Assembly (NCBI GenBank): GCA_036785375.1
Contig: JAWMAR010000424.1
Coordinates: 186,001-250,000 of the forward strand
Reading direction: 5' to 3'
Source: Leucoraja ocellata
Taxonomy: Eukaryota
DNA: 64,000 nt
Shown: piece by piece, positions 1 to 10,749 of the stretch
How the letters are laid out: the number at the start of each line of letters is the position of its first letter
How positions within the stretch are numbered: the stretch's first letter is position 1
Program-made: the position numbers and the translations under genes
The notes under the pieces: generated by a model
What the model was told of the DNA's origin: nothing
The model's input: only the letters and a program-made list of their open reading frames with translations
The model's database searches: none

Positions 1-119
1 AGGCCCTTTGGCCCACTATGTCCGTGATAGACATGGTTCTGACATGAATTCTGTGAATCATATGTACAATAATATTTGCTTGGTTCCATTTCTAAGTTCT
101 TTCCTTTGTGTTAATTCAG

Positions 120-229
120 CATCAACTCCAACGGGAATACAAGTGGAAGCAAAAGACAGCAAAGCAGAAAATGATTTTAAATCACAGAATCAGGAAGAGA
201 AAGGGGAAAAAGAATCGGAAAATGACTGA
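120..229 (+). CDS. Probable terminal coding exon (acidic/lysine-rich cytoplasmic tail) of an upstream gene, possibly a B7-H6-like paralogue
   Basis: Pyrimidine tract plus TTCAG acceptor ending at 119. Phase-1 entry reads (A)STPTGIQVEAKDSKAENDFKSQNQEEKGEKESEND*. Phase matches the donor of the last exon seen in the downstream gene (58655). AATAAA at 1921. Confidence 0.5.
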
Positions 230-338
230 GAAAAAAGAAGAAAATAATTGACAGCTTTAAACAAAGCTTCAGACAAAGGCAAAGACACTATAGGAACAAA
301 TGGTGTAAATTATAACATGGGGTTGCCAGCACGGTGGA

Positions 339-1546
339 GACACAAGGAGCTGCAGATGCAGGAACATTGAGCAAAACACAAAGTGCTGGAGGAACTCAGT
401 GGGTCAGGCAGCATCCGTGAAGGGAACATCAAGGGTTCCGACTCCAAAGGTAATCAGTCCATTCTCTAGCAATGTTATAAAATTTTGAGTTTTAAGAAAT
501 CAAGTCTGCAATTTATTCCACCAGATAAAGCATAACAATAAGTTTAATTTGACACATAATTCACTTTCATATCTTCACTATTAAAAAGGTTATGGCCATT
601 TTCATACTCGGAAATATTAATCTTGTTCCCTATTGTTTTTCCATTGACTTAACACAAAAGCTGTGATCAAGGACTGTCAAAAACCCATAACTTTCTTAAA
701 AATTAAGAGAACTGAATGAAATTTTCAGTTATTATAGATTGAAGCATTCTGAAACAAATATGAAATAATCTTACTTGGATGACTTGAAATTAAAGCATAT
801 AATTAGTTAGTTACCCAATTGTAGCTAATTCCAAAATTCAATGACTAGATCTAAACATATCCATTTCTTAAGAAAAGGTTAACATTTTTAAAAAGCCTAT
901 GTATCCAAATACCATTCACACAAGAATTCACAATATAACATGATTTTTTAATCTCATTGTTATGAATTTATAGGCCAACTGGAAGGAATTTAGTGTTCAA
1001 TTCCTGTAAATCAATGGGCATTTAAATCATCTTGCGAGTGGGATTTTGAGGAACGCGCTGGTTTGGAACATTGCAGCTGCAGTGAATTGAAACCCCATAT
1101 CGGCAGGGAAAATACTGCTGGTTCGTATATTTACATAATGACACTTTTGCAACTTAAAATTTTGATTAAAGGCATCCTAAGAAGCAAGTTTATATGAAAA
1201 AATAAATGGCATACCTTGCCTTGTCCCCTACGTGAGATCTGTCCTGTTGTCGGCGTTTGAAGATTACTTTAAATTTACTCCAATTAAATGATCCAGCACT
1301 AATTTAAATAAACTTAATAAAACGGCAGTCAAAGCGATTTTTCTTTAGCAACTAAACAGCCTGACAGAGATCAATTTGAATAAGTTGCTGAAAAATCGCA
1401 TTTTAAACCCGCCCCCTCTCAAAGGCGCCAAAGTCGCGCACACGGGCAGCAACAGAACTGCAGCGCCGCTGAAGGTAAGTTTTGTAACATACCTACATTC
1501 TCTCTACAGATGCTGACTGACCAGCTGAGTTCCTCCAGCACTTTGT
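339..1546. repeat. Penelope-derived palindromic element (arms ~339-466 and 1496-1546) split by a DNA transposon
   Basis: CAAAGTGCTGGAGGAACTCAG...CAGGCAGCATC on the left is the reverse complement of GATGCTGACTGACCAGCTGAGTTCCTCCAGCACTTTG on the right. Same family as 47120-47258 and the Penelope ends at 21195. Confidence 0.6.
467..1495. mobile_element. Non-autonomous DNA transposon (~1 kb, imperfect TIRs, hAT/P-like)
   Basis: Left end TAGCAATGTTATAAAATT versus reverse-complemented right end TAGGTATGTTACAAAACT. Flanked by direct repeat CATTCTC. A second, diverged copy sits at 35745-36678. Confidence 0.75.
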
Positions 1547-2084
1547 AATTTGTATGTAAGGTGGATCATTATTAAAATGAAAAGTAATGGAGTGGAACTC
1601 AATGATGAAAGGCATTATTGTATAAAGAAATCCTGATCATATGATGATCAATTCTACGATGATAAATGAATAAGTTCTACAAATGAGACAAAGTGAATGG
1701 GTAAATCGTCCAATATTTCAACTAAAATTATATTTCAACAACATATGTATTGCACAAATTTAGAAGAAACATTTTGAATCAATCTAACAACCATACTTTT
1801 ATTTCTGTAATATAATTTTATAAAATAATTTTATTGGTACCCTCGACATATTCCTGCAGTATTAATTATGTATTGTTCCTAACACAAATAGTTTTTATTC
1901 TGTACTGCAATAGCTCAACTAATAAATGTATTCAAATAAATCTCACAATTAATCCCATAACAAATTAACCCAGTGATCTGAGATCAGTGATATTTTCTGC
2001 TTCAACTATTTATAGTTTTGTTCTGAATTGTATGACTACATTGTCGGGTTCCACAGTCTTGCCGTATTGTCTGGTTTGCCAAAA

Positions 2085-2412
2085 TAACAGAGGTGACGGC
2101 ATCGACAAGGAGGGAGGGGGCTGAGATACTGGTCTGTAGAGTCGGCCTCAGGTGCCGGATATGGGAACAGATCTGCCGGCTCCGGCCGGGCTGGAGTTCC
2201 ACAGCTCTGGCCACAGGGGGCAAAATCAACCCACTGATCGGCATGGAAGTCCCAATGAGGTCGAGATCGGCCACCTGACTCGGCCCAGGTGCCACATTTT
2301 CCAGGGAAATCCGGGGGGGGGGGGGGGATTTCAAATGCGTTCTTGTAATTTTATCCAGATTAAAGGAGGTGCCGGACCACCAGTTGCTGGAAAATCAGTG
2401 GTGAATCTGTAT
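2085..2412. mobile_element. Possible Tc1/mariner-Tigger-type transposon fragment
   Basis: GC-rich island in AT-rich DNA ending in ...GTGGTGAATCTG followed by TA. No second terminus seen. Confidence 0.3.
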
Positions 2413-2539
2413 ATAGGTTTACTATTATGTTTATTGTTGTCACCTGTACCAAAGTACAGTGAATAGTTTTGTTTTACTTGCTATCCAAACAGATCAGATA
2501 TACACAAAATGCTGGAGTAACTCATTGGGACAGGTAGCA

Positions 2540-2898
2540 TATAACATATAACCATATAATAATTACAGCACAGAAACAGGCCATCTCGGCCCTTCTAGCC
2601 TGTGCCGAACACTTATTCTCACCTAGTCCCATCTACCTGCACTCAAACCACACCCCTCCATTCCTTTCCCGCCCATATACCTATCCAATTTATTTTTAAA
2701 TTATAAAAACGAACCTGCCTCCACCACTTCCACTGGAAGCTCATTCCACACAGCTACCACTCTCTGAGGAAAGAAGTTCCCCCTCATGTTACCCCTAAAC
2801 TTCAGTCACTTAATTCTAAAATCATGTCCTCTTGTTTGAATCTTCCCTACTCTCCACGTCAACTCTGTCTATCCCTCTCATCATTTTAAAGACCTCTA
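2540..2898 (-). mobile_element. CR1 LINE 3' end (family with (TATGGTTA)n tail)
   Basis: Matches the 3' end of the element at 16210-20306. Tail reads AACCATAT repeats on +. Confidence 0.85.
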
Positions 2899-3676
2899 TT
2901 GGGACAGGTGGGGCCATTGTAGTGGGAGACTCCATTGTGAGAGGTACGGACAGGGGTTTCTGCGGTAACAGATGGGATTCGAGGATGGTGTGCTGCCTTC
3001 CTGGTGCCAGGATCCAGGATGTCACGGACAGAGTGCATAACATCCTCAAGGGCGAAGGTGAACATCCGGAAGTGGTAGTGCATGTTGGCACAAATGATGT
3101 CGGAAAGAAGAGGATGAATATTCTGCAGCGTGACTTTAGAGAGCTCGGAAAAATGCTGAAAAGCAGGACCTCCAGGGTTGTTATCTCCGGTTTGCTTCCA
3201 GTTCCTCGTGCTGGCGAGAGCAGGAACAGGGAGATACGGGACCTGAACGTGTGGCTGAGGAACTGGTGCATGGGGCAGGGATTTAGATTCTTAGATCACT
3301 GGGATCTGTTTTGGGGTAAGGGGGAACTGTACAAAAGGGACGGATAGCATCTTAACAGGTGTGGGACCAGCATTCTGGCAGGCAGGTTTGCCACTGCTAC
3401 ACGGGTGGTTTTAAACTGAATAAGGGGGGTGGGGTGTCGAATGGGATAGTGGAGGATGGAGTTAAAGGGAAAGGGTTTCTTAAATGTATGAGCGTAGTGA
3501 CAGAGGGGTGTAAAATGAAGGTTGAAGCAATAGGTAGCAAGGTGAAAAGTACAAGTGTCAGGCCGGCAAATCCAGGGCAAAAATCAAAAAGGGCCACTTT
3601 TCTGCATAATAGTATAAGGGGTAAGAGTGTTGTAAAAACAAGCCTGAAGGCTTTGTGTCTCAATGCAAGGAGCATT
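2899..3676 (+). mobile_element. CR1 LINE fragment: ORF1 SGNH esterase and start of ORF2
   Basis: IVVGDSIVRG...VHVGTND...FLDHWD esterase motifs followed by the CLNARSI endonuclease start. Confidence 0.85.
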
Positions 3677-5595
3677 CATAGAAACATAGAAATTAGGTGC
3701 AGGAGTAGGCCATTTGGCCATTTGGCCATTTGGCCATTTGGCCCTTTGAGCCTGCACCGCCATTCAATATGATCATGGCTGATCACCCAACTCAGTATCC
3801 CGTACCTGCCTTCTCTCCATACCCCCTGATCCCCTTAGCCACAAGGGCCACATCTAACTCCCTCTTAAATTATGGATGCTTTATGGATTATTATACTGTT
3901 CATCCCAGCATATATGCAGTATAATAATACTATTAATAATACTATTAATAATACTATTAATATGGATTATTATACTGCATCTGCCAAACATTTGCCCACT
4001 CACCCAGCCTATCCAAGTCACCTTGCAGTCTCCTAGCATCCTCCTCACAGCTAACACTGCCCCCCAGCTTAGTGTCATCCGCAAACTTGGAGATATTGCC
4101 TTCAATTCCCTCATCCAGATCATTAATATATATTGTAAATAGCTGGGGTCCCAGCACTGAGCCTTGCGGTACCCCACTAGTCACTGCCCGCCATTGTGAA
4201 AATGACCCGTTTACTCCTACTCTTTGCTTCCTGTTTGCCAGCCAGTTCTCTATCCACATCAATACTGAACCCCCAATGCCTTGTCCTTTAAGCTTGTATA
4301 CAAATCTCTTATGTGGGACCTTGTCGAAAGCCTTCTGGAAGTCCAGATACACCACATCCACTGGTTCTCCCCTATCCACGCTACTAGTTACATCCTCGAA
4401 AAATTCTATAAGATTCGTCAGACATGATTTACCTTTCGTAAATCCATGCTGACTTTGTCCAATGATTTCACCACTTTCCAAATGTGCTGCTATCCCATCT
4501 TTAATAACTGACTCTAGCAGGTTTCCCCACTACCGATGTTATACTAACAGGTCTGTAATTCCCCATTTTCTCTCTCCCTCCCTCCTTAAAAAGTGGGGTT
4601 ACGTTTGCTACCTGCCAATCTTGAGGAACTACTCCAGAATCTAAAGAGTTTTGAAAGATTATTACTAATGCATCCACTATTTCTGGAGCTACTTCCTTAA
4701 GTACTCTGGGATGCAGCCTATCTGGCCCTGGGGATTTATCGGCCTTATATCCATTCAATTTACCCAACACCACTTCCCGGCTAACCTGGATTTCACTCAA
4801 TTCCTCCAACTCCTTTGACCTGCGGTCCCCTGCTATTTCCGGCAAATTATTTATGTCTTCCTTAGTGAAGACGGAACCAAAGTAGTTATTCAATTGGTCC
4901 GCCATATCCTTGTTCCCCATGATCAACTCACCTGTTTCTGACCGCAAGGGACATACATTTGTTTTAACTAATCTCTTTCTTTTCACATATCTATAAAAAC
5001 TTTTGCAGTCAGTTTTTATGTTCCCTGCCAGTTTTCTTTCATAATCTATTTTTCCTTTCCTAATTAAGCCCTTTGTCCTCCTCTGCTGGTCTTTGAATTT
5101 CTCCCAGTCCTCCGGTATGCTGCTTTTTCTGGCTAATTTGTACGCATCATCCTTCGCCTTGATAATATCCCTGATTTCCCTTGTTATCCATGGATGTACT
5201 TACTACCTTCCCTGATTTATTCTTTTGCCAAACTGGTATGAACAATTTTTGTAGTTCATCCATGCAGTCTTTAAATGTCTTCCATTGCATATCCACCGTC
5301 AACCCTTTTAGAATTAATTGCCAGTCAATCTTGGCTAATTCACGTCTCATACCCTCAAAGTTACCTTTCTTTAAGTTCTGAATTAACAATGTCACTCTCC
5401 ATCCTAATGAAGAACTCAACCATATTATGGTCACTCTTGCCCAAGGGGGCATGTACAACAAGATTGCTAACTAACCCTTCCTCATTACTTAATACCCAGT
5501 CTAAAATAGCCTGCTCTCTCGTTGGTTCCTCTACATGTTGATTTAGATAACTATCCCGCATACATTCCAAGAAATCCTCTTCCTCAGCACCCCTG
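3677..5595 (-). mobile_element. CR1 LINE (family with (TATGTTTC)n tail), 5'-truncated, with internal deletion
   Basis: ORF2 pieces [23 protein letters not shown] and KFADDTK. Tail CATAGAAACATAGAAA at 3677. Deletion with filler at ~3870-3970. Confidence 0.9.
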
Positions 5596-8500
5596 ATAAG
5601 GTGGATGAGTTGAATGTGCAGATAGCTATTAATGACTATGATATAGTTGGGATCACGGAGCCATGGCTCCAGGGTGACCAAGGCTGGGAGCTGAGCATCC
5701 AGGGATATTCAATATCCAGGAGGGATAGACAGAAAGGGAAAGGAGGTGGGGTAGCGTTGCTGGTTAGAGAGCAGATTAACGGAATAGAAAGGAAGGACAT
5801 TAGCTTTGAGGATCTGGAATCGATATGGGTAGAGCTGCGAAACACTAAGGGGCAGAAAACGTTAGTGGGAGTTGTGTACAGGCCACCTAACAGTAGTAGT
5901 GGAGTTGGGGATGGCATCAAACAGGAAATTAGAAATGCGTGCAACAAAGGTAAAACAGTTATAATGGGTGACTTCAATCTACATATAGATTGAGTGAATC
6001 AAATTGGCAAGGGTGCTGAGGAAGAGGATTTCTTGGAATGTATGCGGGATAGTTTTCTAAACCAACATGTAGAGGAACCAACGAGAGAGCAGGCTATTCT
6101 AGACTGGGTATTGAGTAGAGGAAGGGTTAGTTAGCAGTCTTGTTGTGCGTGGCCCCTTGGGCAAGAGTGACCATAATATGGTTGAGTTCTTCATTAGGAT
6201 GGAGAGTGACATCGTTAATTCAGAAACAAGGGCCCTGAACTTAAAGAAACGTAACTTTGAGTGTATGAGATGTGAATTGGCCAAGATAGACTGACGATTG
6301 ATTCTTAATGGGTTGACGGTGGATATGCAATGGAAGGCATTTAAAGACTGCATGGATGAACTACAACAAATGTTCATCCCAGTTTGGCAAAAAAATAAAT
6401 CAGGGAAGGTAGTACATCCGTGGATAACAAGGGAAATCAGGGATAGTATCAAAACAAAAGATGAAGCGTACAAATACAGGTAGGCGGCGCGACTCTCGTC
6501 AGCAGCGGCCTCTGCAGCCCGTCCGCGTTTTTATTATTTTTGTCTATGTTTTTATGTAGTTTTTGTTATTTTTTGTTGGGGTGTGTGTGTGTGTGGGGGG
6601 GGGGGGGGTGGGGTGGGAGGGAGGGGGTAACTTTTAAATCTCTCCCTGCACGGGAGACCCGACCTTTTCTTGTCGGGTCTCCGTTGTCGTTGGGGTTGCA
6701 ACGTGGAGCGGCCTCCAACAGGAGAAGACCGGGGACTCTGGTGCCGACGACTCACCTCACCGTCGCGGGGCTGGCCGAGTCCGGAGCGGGTGGAGCAGTG
6801 TTGGAGCACTGCTGCTGCTGTGGCCCGACCTCCGGAGATTCGGAGGCTGAAACTGCGGGTCTGGCGGACGGCGGCTCCGGGAGCCCGCGGGTCCCTGGAG
6901 GGAGACCGCTTTTCAGGGCTCCTGCAACGGCGACTTCTCCCGCCCGAGTTGCGGGGTTGAAGAGCTCATGGAGCGGGACCTGACATCACTGCCCCGCGTG
7001 GCTTGGAATGGCCGCGGGACTCTGCGTGCGCACGCCGCGGGCTCTAACACCAAGACCCGGTGTACGACCTCGCACCACCCGGCGTGGCTTTACTGGCCGC
7101 GGGACAATCGCCATCGCCAGCCGGGGGCTTTGACTTTGACTCTGACATTGGGGGGGGGGAGAGTGCAGTGGAGAGATAAGTTTTTTTGGCCTTCCATCAC
7201 AACGATGTGATGGATGTTTATGTAAATTATGTTGTGCCTTGGGTCTATTTGTTTTGTAATGTATGGCTGCAGAAACGGCATTTTGTTTGGACCTCAAGGG
7301 GTCCAAATGACAATTAAATTGAATCTTGAATCTTGAAATTAGCCAGAAAAAGCTGCCTACCAGAGGACTGGGAGAAATTCAGAGACCAGCAGAGGAGGAC
7401 AAAGGGCTTAATTAGGAAAGGGAAAATAAATTATGAAAGAAAACTGGCAGGGAACATAAAAACTGACTGCAAAAGCTTTTATAGATATGTGAAGAGAAAA
7501 AGATTAGTTTAAACAAATGTAGGTCCCTTGCAGTCAGAAACGGGTGAATTTATCATGGGGAACAAGGACATGGCAGACCAATTGAATAACTACTTTGGTT
7601 CTGTCTTCACTAAGGAAGACATAAATAATCTGCCGGAAATAGCAGGGGACCGGGGGTCAAATGAGATGGGGGAACTGAGTGAAATTCAGGTTAGCCGGGA
7701 AGTGCTGTTAGGTAAATTGAATGGATTAAAGGCCGATAAATCCCCAGGTCCAGATAGGCTGCATCCCAGAGTACTTAAGGAAGTAGCCCCAGAAATAGTG
7801 GATGCATTAATGATAATTTTTCAAAACTCTCTAGATCCTGGAGTAGTTCCTGAGGATTGGAGGGTAGCTAATGTAACCCCACTTTTTAAAAAGGGAGGGA
7901 GAGAGAAAAAAGGGAATTACAGGCCAGTTAGTCTAATGTCGGTAGTGGGGAAACTGCTAGAATCAGTTATTAAAGATGGGATAGCAGCACATTTGGAAAG
8001 TGGTGAAATCATTGGACAAAGTCAGCATGGATTTATGAAAGGTAAATCATGTCTGACGAATCTTATAGAATTTTTCGAGGATGTAACTAGTAGCGTGGAT
8101 AGGGGAGAACCAGTGGATGTGTTGTATCTGGACTTTCAGAAGGCATTCGACAAGGTCCCACATAAGAGATTAGTATACAAACTTAAAGCACACAGTATTG
8201 GGGGTTCAGTATTGATGTGGATAGAGAACTGGTTGGCAGACAGGAAGCAAAGAGTAGGAGTGAACGGGTCCTTTTCACAATGGCAGGCAGTGACTAGTGG
8301 GGTACCGCAAGGCTCAGTGCTGGGACCCCAGCTATTTACGATATATATTAATGATTTGGACGAGGGAATTGAATACAACATCTCCAAGTTTGCGGATGAC
8401 ACGAAGCTGGGGGGCAGTGTTAGCTGTGAGGAGGATGCTAGGAGGCTGCAAGGTGACTTGGATAGGCTGGGTGAGTGGGCAAATGCATGGCAGATGCAGT

Positions 8501-9320
8501 ATAATGTGGATAAATATGAGGTTATGCACTTTGGTGGCAAAAACAGGAAAGTAGATTATTATCTGAATGGTGGCCGATTAGGAAAGGGGAAGATGCAACG
8601 AGACCTGGGTGTCATGGTACACCAGTCATTAAAAGTAGGCATGCACGTGCAGCAGGCAGTGAAGAAGGCGAATGGTATGTTAGCATCCATAGCAAAAGGA
8701 TTTGAGTATAGGAGCAGGGAGGTTCTACTGCAGTTGTACAGGGTCTTGGTGAGACCACACCTGGAGTATTGCGTACAGTTTTGGTCTCCTAATCTGAGGA
8801 AAGACATTCTTGCCATAGAGGGAGTACAGAGAAGGTTCACCAGACTGATTCCTGGGATGTCAGGACTTTCATATGAAGAAAGACTGGATAGACTCGGTTT
8901 GTACTCGCTAGAATTTAGAAGATTGAGGGGGGATCTTATAGAAACTTACAAAATTCTTAAGGGGTTGGACAGGCTAGATGCAGGAAGATTGTTCCCGATG
9001 TTGGGGAAGTCCAGAACAAGGGGTCACAGCTTAAGGATAAAGGGGAAATCCTTTAAAACCGAGATGAGGAAAACTTTTTTCACACAGAGAGTGGTGAACC
9101 TCTGGAATTCTCTGCCGCAGAAGGTAGTTGAGGCCAGTTCATTGGCTATATTTAAGAGGGAGTTAGATGTGGCCCTTGTGGCTAAAGGGATCAGGGGGTA
9201 TGGAGAGAAGGCAAGAACAGGATACTGAGTTGGATGATCAGCCATGATCATATTGAATGGCGGTGCAGGCTCGAAGGGGCGAATGGCCTACTGCTGCACC
9301 TATTTTCTATGTTTCTATGT
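5596..9320 (+). mobile_element. CR1 LINE, 5'-truncated; endonuclease disrupted, RT ORF 7528-9228 open
   Basis: APE motifs (VYRPP, GDFN, SDH). 566-aa RT ORF with [19 protein letters not shown] and FADD. TTCTATGTTTCTATG tail. Interrupted at 6475-7335. Confidence 0.92.
6475..7335 (+). mobile_element. Non-autonomous retroposon, GC-rich, with (TGAATCT)n tail (Rex1/Babar-like 3' end)
   Basis: Splits the CR1 sequence GCGTACAAAT|TAGCCAG with a short AAAT duplication. 3' stem-loop CCATCACA..TGTGATGG then AATTAAATTGAATCTTGAATCTTGA. Confidence 0.65.
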
Positions 9321-10059
9321 TTTGCGGTTGCAGCACTTAGGCTGTGGAACAGCATCCCTCTTCCCATCAGAACTGCCCCCTTCATCGACTCTTTTAAGTC
9401 TTGACTTAAAACCTATTTTTACTCACAAGCATTTCTTGAGGTCCTCTGAGGGAGCGCTGTATGTATGTATTTAGGTATGTATTGTTGATCTATGTACCAC
9501 TGTCTGTAGCATGTTAGTACCTGCACTAATGTAAAGCACTTTGGTCAACGAGAGTTGTTTTTAAATGTGCTTTAGAAATAAAATTGACTTGACTATGTTA
9601 CCCCAAATCCTCACCTACTCGTTACACGCTTGGGGAAATTTACAGAGGGCCAATTAACCAACAATCCCGCATGTTTTTAGGATGTGGGAAGAAACTGAGC
9701 ACCCGAATAATAGCAGAGAGAACGTGCAAACTCCACACAGACTCCGCACTGTCAGGGATGATGGTGGAGGCAGATTCGACAGTGGTATTTAAATGAATTT
9801 TGGATAGCTACATGGATATGCAGGGAACGGAGAGATATGGATCACGTGTAGGCAGAGGAAATTTATTTAACAGCATCATTTTCAGCATGGACAGTGTGAG
9901 CTGAAGGGTCTGTTCCTCTGCGGTGCTGTTCTATGCTCTATGTTCTGTGTTTGTGAGTAACATTTCCCCAGTGGCACAACAGCCAGAATGCCTCGTTCCT
10001 GGCATGTGGACAATGACATGAATTGCAATCCAATCTCAATGTGAATTCTGAGATCTTAC

Positions 10060-10126
10060 GTCAGTGGAAGACAACAATGTCACATTAAAGGCTTCTTTCA
10101 GGTCATTCAGTTCCGTTGGGTTTAAG
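10060..10126 (-). CDS. Internal exon of a 2-oxoglutarate/Fe(II) dioxygenase (IPNS/DIOX_N-like) gene or gene fragment
   Basis: Acceptor TCTTCTCTTCACAG, donor GTAAGA. Reads (S)LNPTELNDLKEAFNVTLLSSTD. DLKEAFN is typical of DIOX_N domains. Phase matches exon 10530-10654. Confidence 0.75.
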
Positions 10127-10224
10127 CTGTGAAGAGAAGAATATTTACATTTGTTTATATAAAGATCCGTGCTTAAATGTTACTCAGTCATTTGTCCTGA
10201 CACTTCCACAGATGTGTTGAATAA

Positions 10225-10412
10225 ATTTACAGAAGCCAATTAAGCCACAAATCCACAAGACTTTGGGATGTGGGAGGAAACCGAGCACCAGAAGAAACCC
10301 ACGCGGTCACAGGGAGAACGTACAATCTGTGTACATACAGCACCCGCAGTCAGGATTGATCCCGGGTCTCTGGCGCTGTAAGGTAGCAGCTCTACCCACA
10401 GCACCACAGTGC
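10225..10412 (-). mobile_element. HE1-like tRNA-derived SINE
   Basis: Minus strand reads GGCACTGTGGTGCTGTGGGTAGAGCTGCTACCT...CCGGGATCAATCC (A/B-box-like head). Related copies at ~9600, 15820, 22470, 46000 and 56890. Confidence 0.65.
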
Positions 10413-10529
10413 CGTGATGTCAAACCTTACAGTTTATGCATTCAATAAATAATCTTCCTGGTATGTGCTTCATAATATTTCCTTTCAGCAATGTGGATGC
10501 AAGAAAGGGAAATCTGGGGGGAACCTTAC

Positions 10530-10654
10530 CTCTCAGTCTGAAAATCTATCCAGCCATGGCATGGAATATCTGAGTCCTTGGAACGAGCATATTGCTGTTT
10601 AATGTCCTTGGGAAGTAGAAAGAACTTCCTGCAGATGTCCATTGCTTCAAACAC
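10530..10654 (-). CDS. Internal exon of a 2-oxoglutarate/Fe(II) dioxygenase (IPNS/DIOX_N-like) gene or gene fragment
   Basis: Acceptor ...CTCCACAG, donor GTAAGG. Open frame VFEAMDICRKFFLLPKDIKQQYARSKDSDIPCHGWIDFQTE fits the FFxLPxExK...GW/Y pattern of DIOX_N. Confidence 0.75.
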
Positions 10655-10749
10655 CTGTGGAGCAATGGTCCAAGATTAAATGCACTGTACAATTGGCATA
10701 GGTACACTAAGGTTCATGTCCATTGTTCACAATTGTCAAAGGGTGAGAT

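Noticed and set aside
7528-9228. 566-aa RT ORF as a domesticated gene or prokaryotic RT system
   Set aside because: Ordinary CR1 ORF2 segment, near-identical to other copies in the window, with upstream stops.
10070-10100. Plus-strand NNVTLK resembling the IgV exon's DNVTLKC
   Set aside because: No cysteine or other V motifs follow. The minus-strand dioxygenase exon explains the sequence.
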